DNA of 64,000 nt from Bradymonadia bacterium. Lineage in GTDB: Bacteria > Myxococcota_A > Bradymonadia > UBA7976 > UBA1532. Of the stretch, positions 56,746-64,000 are shown in pieces. A model generated the notes under the pieces. It had not been told where the DNA came from. It was given only the letters and a program-made list of their open reading frames with translations, and ran no database searches. Within the stretch, counting starts at the first letter, position 1; each line of letters opens with the position of its first letter. Position numbers and translations under genes: made by a program. Where the stretch lies: contig JBKAGE010000077.1 in assembly GCA_046290225.1 (NCBI GenBank), positions 96,001 through 160,000 of the forward strand, read 5' to 3'.

Positions 56746-57360
56746 ATGCCCGCCATCGACGAGAAGACCCAGCGCAGGCTGGAAGAGATCTTGGGTCATG
56801 CCCTCCCAAAAACCGCCTCAGGGGCTCTCGACCTGCGCGACGCCGATCTTCGAGAGGCTGAGCTCGAAGACGCCCACCTCCAAGGCGCCCACCTTCAAAA
56901 GGCCGACTTCCAAGACGCTCACCTGAACTGCGCGAACCTTCAGGCAGCCCAACTTCGCGGAGCAGACTTCCAATATGCTGATCTGAGTGACGTCGACTTT
57001 CGCGGCGCTGATCTCCGAGATGCGGGCTTCGAAGACGCCGACATTCAAGAAGCTGATTTCCGAGGGGCCCACCTCACGGGGGCCACAGGGCTCCCCGACT
57101 GGGTGATGCGCGGGCTCGACTCGGCCGGGCGCTTCACGCTCACGCAGCTGGTCTCGGCCATCAGGTCAGGCTTCGGTGAACTCTCGGGGGCCAACCTGCG
57201 CGAAGCCGACCTTCGAGGGGTCGCGCTCCAACACGCTGATCTCTGGGGCGCCAACCTGCAGGGCGCAATCCGCAGCGCAGAGGATCTGGTCCCTGAAGGC
57301 TGGACAGCACAACCCCGCTCAGATGATCCTGACAGCGTCTCCCTGCACAGAGCGAGCTGA
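56746..57360 (+). CDS. Pentapeptide-repeat protein
   Basis: A(D/N/H)L(R/Q)x repeats; start MPAIDE after GAGAGG. Confidence 0.88.
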   Translation: MPAIDEKTQRRLEEILGHALPKTASGALDLRDADLREAELEDAHLQGAHLQKADFQDAHLNCANLQAAQLRGADFQYADLSDVDFRGADLRDAGFEDADIQEADFRGAHLTGATGLPDWVMRGLDSAGRFTLTQLVSAIRSGFGELSGANLREADLRGVALQHADLWGANLQGAIRSAEDLVPEGWTAQPRSDDPDSVSLHRAS

Positions 57361-57362
57361 GG

Positions 57363-57968
57363 GTGAGGTGGCTCGACAACATCCGCCACGCCAAGCGACT
57401 GTATCGCGCTGATCCCGGGGCGCATCTGGGCGACGTCGCTGTGCTCAAGTGCGACGCTTTTGGCGTAGACGTTCGGCCACCTCTCCGAGAAGCGCTGGCC
57501 CCTGTGCGCGGGTGGATCCCAGAGGTCGATTTGGATCGACTCGCCGAGCTGCCGCCGAACACGTTTGGCCACGCTCTGGCCCGCTTCATGCGCCAGAACC
57601 AGCTGCACCCCTTCGTCATCACCGACGAGATCCCTGATGACATGCGCCGGCGAAATGCCTTTGGCATCCGCTACGCCACGACCCACGACATGTTCCACGT
57701 GTTGCTGGACTTCGACACCACCTGGGTGGGCGAGATGGGCGTGCTGGCCTTCGCGGTGGGTCAACGCTACACACGCTGGCAGGCCCTCGGCGCTGCCCTC
57801 GCGTGGCTCATCTACTCGGTGCGCTCGGGCTTCAAGCTGCGAGCGCTCTGGCGCGCATGGCGTCGCGGACGCGCTGCGGGCCGTCGAGCCCCCTTCTTGT
57901 TGGGCCTGCGTCTGGAAGAGCGGTTCGAGAGCGACTTGAACGCTCTACGTCGAGAGCTGAGGCTTTGA
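57363..57968 (+). CDS. Coq4-family protein
   Basis: LDRLAELPPNTFG, THDMFHVL...GE (HDxxH...E). Confidence 0.8.
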   Translation: MRWLDNIRHAKRLYRADPGAHLGDVAVLKCDAFGVDVRPPLREALAPVRGWIPEVDLDRLAELPPNTFGHALARFMRQNQLHPFVITDEIPDDMRRRNAFGIRYATTHDMFHVLLDFDTTWVGEMGVLAFAVGQRYTRWQALGAALAWLIYSVRSGFKLRALWRAWRRGRAAGRRAPFLLGLRLEERFESDLNALRRELRL

Positions 57969-58002
57969 CGTACTGGTTACGCGTCGAAGTGGGCAATTGT
58001 GA

Positions 58003-58186
58003 AGGCTGTGGCTGAGCCTTTGTAGGCAGTCGTCGCTGCGCTCCGCCTGCGTAGGCAGCTCTGTCGGCCGGCCTTCGGCCCGCCTTGGAGCTGCGTACAC
58101 GTCGGCACGCTCGCTGGCGCGAGCAGGCCTCCGGGTAGGCAGGGTCGCTCAAGGCTTCGCCTTATTCGCTCGCTCCCCTGCGTAAA
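58003..58186 (+). repeat. Structured REP/REPIN-like repeat, left arm, locus 2
   Basis: Direct homolog of 11005-11190; 3' half nearly identical. Confidence 0.9.
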
Positions 58187-58324
58187 AAGTCAGTTCTGGT
58201 GTGGCGTTTGTGCTGCTTCCAACACTGTTGAGGCTTTCGCCGAGCGCTGAGGCTCAGAGGCTTGCACGTTCGCGGTAGGTCGAGTCCCAGGGGGCTTCAG
58301 CAACAAGATGCAGAAGAAGCTCTA

Positions 58325-58505
58325 TACGCAGGGGAGCGAGCAAGAAGGGCGAAGCCCTGAGCGACCCTGCCTACCCGGAGGGGTTCCGCGTAAGCGGATG
58401 CCCGAACGTGTACGCGCCAGACGAGGCGGTCCGCAGGACTGCCGAAGGCCGGCGCCTACGCAGGCAGAGCGAAGCGATGACTGCCTACCAAGGCTCAGCC
58501 ACAAC
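58325..58505 (-). repeat. Structured REP/REPIN-like repeat, right arm, locus 2
   Basis: Direct homolog of 11674-11859. Confidence 0.9.
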
Positions 58506-58647
58506 GCCCGTCACAGACCAGTGACGGCCTCGACCAACCCGCCAAGGCCAAACAAAAAAGACAAATCCAACCCACCTGAGAAAAGAAGATCTCGCCCACC
58601 CTGTAACCCCCTCCTGAGCACCAAACACACCTTCTCAGGAGGATCAC

Positions 58648-59295
58648 ATGACCATTCGAAACACCACACGCGCCCTGACCTCGAGCGCCCTCGCCTTCGC
58701 CGCCCTGTTGATCTCGACGACGGCCCTCGCCGCCCCCGAGACCCATGACGGCTTCTCGTTCCAGGCGAACCTCGGCCCGGCGGTACAGTCATGGCAGCTG
58801 GAATTCGACAACGGCGGCGGCGATGAGCGCTACGCCGTCAGCGGTGAGGGCATGCTCTTCGACTTCACCTTCGGCGGCGCCGTCACAGAAAATTTGATCT
58901 TGTTCGGACAGCTCAGCACCGTCTCCACCGTGGGCCCCGACATCGAACTCGAATCCAATGGCAGAGCCCGCACCTTCAGGGATGACACCATCGCGGCGAC
59001 GGCGACGTCGTACGGCTTCGGCGCGATGTACTACATCCCATCGCTCAACATGTACGCGGGGGGTTCGGTCCTCACCACCCGGGCGCGCCTTGGGGCCCAT
59101 GGCCTCACCACCACCAGTGATCGAGGCCTCGGGCTGCACCTGCGTGTGGGCAAGGAGTGGTGGGTGAGTGAAGATTGGGGCCTGGGCATCGCCGCCCACG
59201 CCTTCGGCAACCAGATCCCCACCACCCACACCGATGAGGGTGAGCAGATGGGGATGACCACCTTCGCTCTGACTTTCTCGGCGACCTACAACTGA
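58648..59295 (+). CDS. Small outer-membrane beta-barrel protein
   Basis: Signal peptide; THDGF, VGKEWWVSEDWGLG, C-terminal FSATYN. Confidence 0.75.
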   Translation: MTIRNTTRALTSSALAFAALLISTTALAAPETHDGFSFQANLGPAVQSWQLEFDNGGGDERYAVSGEGMLFDFTFGGAVTENLILFGQLSTVSTVGPDIELESNGRARTFRDDTIAATATSYGFGAMYYIPSLNMYAGGSVLTTRARLGAHGLTTTSDRGLGLHLRVGKEWWVSEDWGLGIAAHAFGNQIPTTHTDEGEQMGMTTFALTFSATYN

Positions 59296-59411
59296 TCGCA
59301 TCGGGGCTCTCCCCAGCCCCCGCTCAGCAGAAGCCCCCGGTCGACGCCGTGACTCTCCCAATCCACGACATCAACCGGGGGACGACGCGTCTCTCCCCGT
59401 ATGATCTCTGC

Positions 59412-60101
59412 TCAGCCGCCGAGGGTCTCGGCGATGCCACCGAAGCCACCGTGAACACCCGTGGCGTCCTGACACTCACAGGTCTTGGGGTAGCTCTTGC
59501 AGCGCTTGTTGGTGCCACAGCAGCACGAGGCGCTGCCGTCGTCGGACTCACAGTAGGTCCCGGAGCACCCGTTGCCGCCCTCGTAACCCAGGCGAGGCAG
59601 GTTGAGGCTGGCCCCACCAAAGCTGCGGCTGAAGCTCAGGGCGCTCTTGCTCACCCCAGTGCCATCGGCGGGCTGATCGAGGCTCGGCAGCTGGGCCACA
59701 GTGTCGGCGTGCACCAGCATGGTGGCGGTGGCGTCGAAGTCGGCCAGGGCGTCGGCGCAGGGCGCCTCGGCGCTGTAGTGGCTGCGCTCACCATCGCCGA
59801 AGGTCCACGCCTCGGCGGACTGCTCCATCACGAGGAAGTCATCACCGCAGACGACATCGAACTGCGCCAGCTCGGGGCTCTGGTCGATGGACAGGCTGCA
59901 GATCTCGGCACCGTCGATTTGCAGTTCGAAGACGTCGACGCCCTTGATGTGTTGTGCATCGAGCACGGTGATCTGGTGGCTGTTGCCCTCGAGATCCTGC
60001 GCGGTGAAGCCCACCTGGCTCTCCCCCTCGGGGGTGCCACAAGCGGCCAGGGCGATGGTGGACAGGGCAAACAGGTTCCGTACGGCACTCATGAAACGCA
60101 T
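59412..60101 (-). CDS. Lipoprotein with Cys-rich C-terminal module
   Basis: Lipobox LAAC; GGAG RBS; eight Cys in the C-terminal segment. Confidence 0.7.
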   Translation of the reverse strand: MRFMSAVRNLFALSTIALAACGTPEGESQVGFTAQDLEGNSHQITVLDAQHIKGVDVFELQIDGAEICSLSIDQSPELAQFDVVCGDDFLVMEQSAEAWTFGDGERSHYSAEAPCADALADFDATATMLVHADTVAQLPSLDQPADGTGVSKSALSFSRSFGGASLNLPRLGYEGGNGCSGTYCESDDGSASCCCGTNKRCKSYPKTCECQDATGVHGGFGGIAETLGG

Positions 60102-60267
60102 GGTGAACTCCCTCATGTGATGTGTGTTCGAGCCGACCCCTCGCCGGCCTCATAAGTGGATTCGCTCGCCCTGCGAAATCTCTGACAAAAAATTTTCGAT
60201 TTTCGAAAAAAGGCCGCACATCGTGGGCAGTGACGATGTAACCACGCCTTCCTGCTGGGGCCTGCTC

Positions 60268-61185
60268 TTACCGGCGTACGGTGGGGATCTCGCTGAACCT
60301 CGCCTTGAAGAAGTCGATGAAGGCCCGATGCCTCGGAGCCAGGCGGTGGGCCTCGGGGTAGACCACGTGCATTGGCAGCGCTGGCGGCAGCCAGTCGTCG
60401 AGCACCGTTTCCAAACCTTGAGGGGCGAGGTGGGGGCCGTCGGGCTCGCTGCAGAACAACCAGCTCGGGGCCAGGGCCACCCCGAGGCCCGAGAGCGCCG
60501 CCGCCCGAATCGCCTCGGCGCTGTCAGTACTCACCCTGCCCTTCACGGGGACCTCGATGATCCCTTCGGGGCCCTCGAACCGCCAGCGCGGACCCGATGC
60601 CGACCCGTTGAAGACGACGCAGTCGTGGTGGACGAGATCATGTGGGTGACTCGGCCGGCCCCGACGATCGAGATAAGTCGACTCTGCGATGGCGATGCGC
60701 TGGGTGCGGCCCACGCGGACGGCCTTGAGCGCGTTGTCGGTCAGTTGCCCGATGCGAACAGCGAGATCGATCCCCGAGGCCACGAGGTCGACGACTTGAT
60801 CACTCATCGAGAGCTCTACCTGCACGCCGGGGTGTTCGGCCATGAAGGCCGGCAGGTGCGTCATGATCACCAGACGCCCGAATGCCGCTGGGCACGCCAC
60901 CTTGATCACCCCTTCGACGGCCTGTTGTCGCCGACCCATCTCCGACTCCACGGCGTCGAGCTCTGCGATCAGCCGCTTGCAGGTCTGGTAGTAGCGTGCC
61001 CCCTCGTCGGTGGGTGTGATGTGGCGGGTGGTCCGGTGAAGCAGCCGCGCGCCGAGGTGCGCCTCAAGCTCGGCGATGCGCCGGCTCACCGTGGGTTGGG
61101 AGCTGCCCACCTCACGGGCCACGGCGGTGAAACTCTGCCGCTCCACCACTCGGGTGAACAGCTGCATGGCTTCCAGTCGATCCAT
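60268..61185 (-). CDS. LysR-family regulator (CrgA/DmlR-like)
   Basis: MDRLEAMQLF...SFTAVARE...LEAHLGARLLHRTTR; DLAVRIG. Confidence 0.95.
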   Translation of the reverse strand: MDRLEAMQLFTRVVERQSFTAVAREVGSSQPTVSRRIAELEAHLGARLLHRTTRHITPTDEGARYYQTCKRLIAELDAVESEMGRRQQAVEGVIKVACPAAFGRLVIMTHLPAFMAEHPGVQVELSMSDQVVDLVASGIDLAVRIGQLTDNALKAVRVGRTQRIAIAESTYLDRRGRPSHPHDLVHHDCVVFNGSASGPRWRFEGPEGIIEVPVKGRVSTDSAEAIRAAALSGLGVALAPSWLFCSEPDGPHLAPQGLETVLDDWLPPALPMHVVYPEAHRLAPRHRAFIDFFKARFSEIPTVRR

Positions 61186-61187
61186 TG

Positions 61188-61202
61188 ATTCACTCAGCGA
61201 AT
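61188..61202. promoter_or_regulatory. LysR T-N11-A box
   Basis: ATTC-N7-GAAT between the divergent LysR and YHS genes. Confidence 0.55.
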
Positions 61203-61298
61203 GGGTATCATTCAAAAACAGGCCGTTACCGACAAAAAAAGCATGCGTAAAGATGAGCGAGTCAGCAATCAAAACCCTTCTCACACGGAGACTGAACC

Positions 61299-61781
61299 AT
61301 GCGTCATCTGCTGAGCCTGCTGCCCGCCCTCCTCGCTTTCTCGACCCTCGCCACCACCGCCAGCGCCGCTCCGGCGGCCAAGGAGATGGCCCGCCACGCC
61401 GAGAAGAGCGCGGCGCTGGGCGGCTACTGCCCCGTGGCCTATGCCATGGCGGGCAAGGCCATCAAGGGCGACAAGGCCTACGCCTCGACCCACGATGGCA
61501 AGACCTACTGGTTCGTGAACGCTGATGCGAAGGCCGCTTTCGACAAGAGCCCCGAGAAGTTCCTGCCGGAATATGCAGGGTACTGCGCCACGGGCATCGC
61601 CTTTGGTCAGAAAGTCGCAGTGGATCCCACGCAGTTCTCGGTACGCGAGGGCCGCGTGTTCCTCTTCAGCAACGCCGAGACCAAGGCGATGTTCGATCGA
61701 GACGCCGAGAAGCTCACCACCAAAGCCGACACGCAGTGGAAGGCCATCAGCGCGCAGCACTCCTCGCTCCAAGGGCGCTAA
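61299..61781 (+). CDS. Secreted YHS-domain protein
   Basis: GGYCPVAY, GKTYWF, PEKFLPEYAGYCA. Confidence 0.85.
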   Translation: MRHLLSLLPALLAFSTLATTASAAPAAKEMARHAEKSAALGGYCPVAYAMAGKAIKGDKAYASTHDGKTYWFVNADAKAAFDKSPEKFLPEYAGYCATGIAFGQKVAVDPTQFSVREGRVFLFSNAETKAMFDRDAEKLTTKADTQWKAISAQHSSLQGR

Positions 61782-61852
61782 GAGGCCCTAACAAAACAGC
61801 TCCCGTCGCCAGCCTGAGGTAGAGTGCCCCACTCTGCCGAAGGAGCCTGGCC

Positions 61853-62929
61853 GTGCACCGCCTCTGCATTCTGCTCACCCTCGCGCTTTTCTCAGGGTGT
61901 GACGACGCGTCCTCGGATGATCCGCCGCGATCTGACGCTGAGCCCATAGCAGATGCGATGCCCGACTCGGGCGACCCCCAAGTGGACATGGGCACCCCTG
62001 ACGCGACCTCACCTGATGCGGGGCCACCTGAGACTGACACCTGGCGCCGGCCTGAAAACCGCACCGCCTGTGATGATGGCTATGGCCGCCCTGAAGAGAC
62101 GGGCACGCTGAGCTCTGGTCTGAAGGAGATCTCCGGCCTGGCCACCTCGGCCCTCGGGCCTGATCGCCTCTGGGCCCACAACGACTCTGGTGACGAGGCG
62201 CGGTTGTATGGCCTCGACACTGAGGGCAGGGTGGTAGAGCAGGTGACGCTGCTCCGCAAAGACGGCTCATCGGTGACGGCGGTGGACTTCGAAGATCTCG
62301 CCGCGGCCCCGTGTCCAGACGGCAATGGGGCCTGCCTTTGGGTGGCCGACATCGGAGACAACCCGATGAACCGGGACGGCGAAGACCGCCTCGAGCCCCG
62401 GCTCTACATCGCCCGAGAGCCCCCGCCCGGCATCGACACTCTCGAGGTCGACTGGCACATCACGCTGGACTATCCCCGAGCCCCCATGGACTCGGAGGCG
62501 CTGGTGGTGGCGCCTGACGGTCAACGCTTCGCCATCATCGAGAAGATCGACGACGCCGAGGCCGAGGTGCTCCTGTCAGAGGGTGTCCTGCCCACAGAAG
62601 GGACACTGTCGATGGTGAGCGTGGGCCGCCTTCGGAGCCCTGGGGTACAGGTCGAGCGCGGCCGGATGATCACCGCAGCAGATCTGCACCCCACAGGCAC
62701 ACGGCTGGCGGTTCGGGTGTACACAGGCACATTCGAGGCCACCCTCGATGGCGGCTTCGACGCGTTGCGCGCCCCTGAAGATCTGACCTTTGAGCGCGTA
62801 GCGCTGGGGCCACTCTCCGAGCCTCAGGGCGAGGCAGTCACCTATGACGGCCTGGGCACTGGGTTGTGGACGGCCTCGGAGAGCGACGACACCCCACAAC
62901 CGCTGCACCACTATCCCTGTCAGGACTGA
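61853..62929 (+). CDS. Lipoprotein with probable beta-propeller
   Basis: Lipobox FSGC; EISGL, WAHNDSG, DFEDLA, ADIGDN, QGEAV. Confidence 0.7.
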   Translation: MHRLCILLTLALFSGCDDASSDDPPRSDAEPIADAMPDSGDPQVDMGTPDATSPDAGPPETDTWRRPENRTACDDGYGRPEETGTLSSGLKEISGLATSALGPDRLWAHNDSGDEARLYGLDTEGRVVEQVTLLRKDGSSVTAVDFEDLAAAPCPDGNGACLWVADIGDNPMNRDGEDRLEPRLYIAREPPPGIDTLEVDWHITLDYPRAPMDSEALVVAPDGQRFAIIEKIDDAEAEVLLSEGVLPTEGTLSMVSVGRLRSPGVQVERGRMITAADLHPTGTRLAVRVYTGTFEATLDGGFDALRAPEDLTFERVALGPLSEPQGEAVTYDGLGTGLWTASESDDTPQPLHHYPCQD

Positions 62930-62932
62930 TCG

Positions 62933-64000
62933 ATGGGCATCATCGAGCGCATCACCCGCAACCCCTGGCCGAGCATCGTCGCCGCCCTGGCCGTGACGCT
63001 GTTCAGCGCTCTGGGCGCCCTGAACCTGCAGATTTTCACCGCCCGCAAGGCGCTGTTCCCCAAAGACACCCCAGAGCTGGTGCGCCTTGAGCGCTTTTTG
63101 ACGAAGTTCGGCGCCGCCACAGATCTCATTGTGGTCCTCGACGGCGGTGATCGGGCGACTCGAAACGCCTTCGCTGAAGAGCTCTCGATGATGCTCACAG
63201 CTGATCCGCGCATCAGATCGGCGACCTGGAAGATCGATCCGGACTTTTTCTTCGATCGCCTCTGGCTGCTGCTGCCCCAAGAGGTCATGGCCTCGTTGGC
63301 CAAGGCGCTGCCTCAACTCGAGCCGTTGCCCAAAGATCACGTCACAGAGCTGATGAACTTCGGCATGGGCAAGCTGCCACCACTCTCCGAAGAGCAGTTC
63401 GACGTACTGCTGCAGCAGGCAGAGGCCGCCCTCAAGGTGACGTCTCTGCTCGGAGATCCGCTGCGCTTCGTGCCCGATGCCGAGCGCGTGGAGGGGGCTC
63501 TGGTGGGGGCGGCGACGATCTGGAGTCGCTGGCTCGCCGACGAGACGGCCCCGAAGACCCTCGATCTGGGGCCCTTGCTCGAAGGCGTGGGGGCCGCCCA
63601 GCTCGTCGACGGCACCTTCACGAGCCACGACGGCACGCTGTCGTTCATCTTCGTACGGCCCACGGACATCTCCGAGGAGCTCACCTCCCTCGGGCCCTTC
63701 GTAGAAACCACTCGAAACATCGTAGATCGAGCGACCGCGAGCTGGCATGCCGCCGATCGTGGCCCACCGACGACTGCCCTCACGGGCATGCCCGCGGTGG
63801 TCTACGAGGAGTTCTCCACCCTGCAGGCCGACGTGCCCAAGGTGGCGGCCATCGCAGGCAGCCTCATCGTGCTGCTGATCCTCGGCTGGCTGCGCTCGAT
63901 CCGCCGCGCTGTGGCGATCTTCGTGCCCATGGGCCTCGGGGTGGTCTGGAGCCTGGGACTGGTCTGGTTGACCGTGGGCCACCTCACCCTGCTCACCTCG
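62933..64000 (+). CDS. MMPL/RND-family transporter (partial, runs off window)
   Basis: Open frame from MGIIERITRNPW; N-terminal TM, large periplasmic domain, LTGMPAVVYEE then TM helices; absent from the ORF track because it has no stop in the window. Confidence 0.8.
   Translation, partial: MGIIERITRNPWPSIVAALAVTLFSALGALNLQIFTARKALFPKDTPELVRLERFLTKFGAATDLIVVLDGGDRATRNAFAEELSMMLTADPRIRSATWKIDPDFFFDRLWLLLPQEVMASLAKALPQLEPLPKDHVTELMNFGMGKLPPLSEEQFDVLLQQAEAALKVTSLLGDPLRFVPDAERVEGALVGAATIWSRWLADETAPKTLDLGPLLEGVGAAQLVDGTFTSHDGTLSFIFVRPTDISEELTSLGPFVETTRNIVDRATASWHAADRGPPTTALTGMPAVVYEEFSTLQADVPKVAAIAGSLIVLLILGWLRSIRRAVAIFVPMGLGVVWSLGLVWLTVGHLTLLTS

Overview
GC-rich bacterial chromosomal DNA. Gene content (paired ArsA ATPases, MMPL exporters, many Cys-rich lipoproteins) suggests a myxobacterium or related deltaproteobacterium; this is an inference. 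Most of the window is ordinary housekeeping or accessory coding sequence. The most striking item is a compact non-coding unit at about 56230-56590: a sigma70-type promoter, a 26-codon leader ORF with tandem Trp codons, mutually exclusive antiterminator and terminator hairpins, and then an atypical 71-nt tRNA-Trp(CCA) with a shrunken D-arm instead of trp biosynthesis genes. It looks like a Trp-codon-sensing attenuator controlling a spare tRNA-Trp. Second is a family of ~185-bp structured repeats present as two inverted pairs (11005-11859, 58003-58505) with different cargo; one pair encloses a frameshifted four-helix-bundle gene. Also present: a beta-glucan utilisation locus (2.7-kaa modular GH16, ROK repressor with two operators, GH16, GH1, clan GH-A hydrolase fused to a probable beta-barrel, two lipoproteins); a DUF3419/BtaA-like + heme-oxygenase-like diiron enzyme + GNAT operon; a collagen/tail-collar/GNAT operon; and two toxin-less toxin-antitoxin remnants. 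All family calls come from motifs recognised by eye; no database searches were run.
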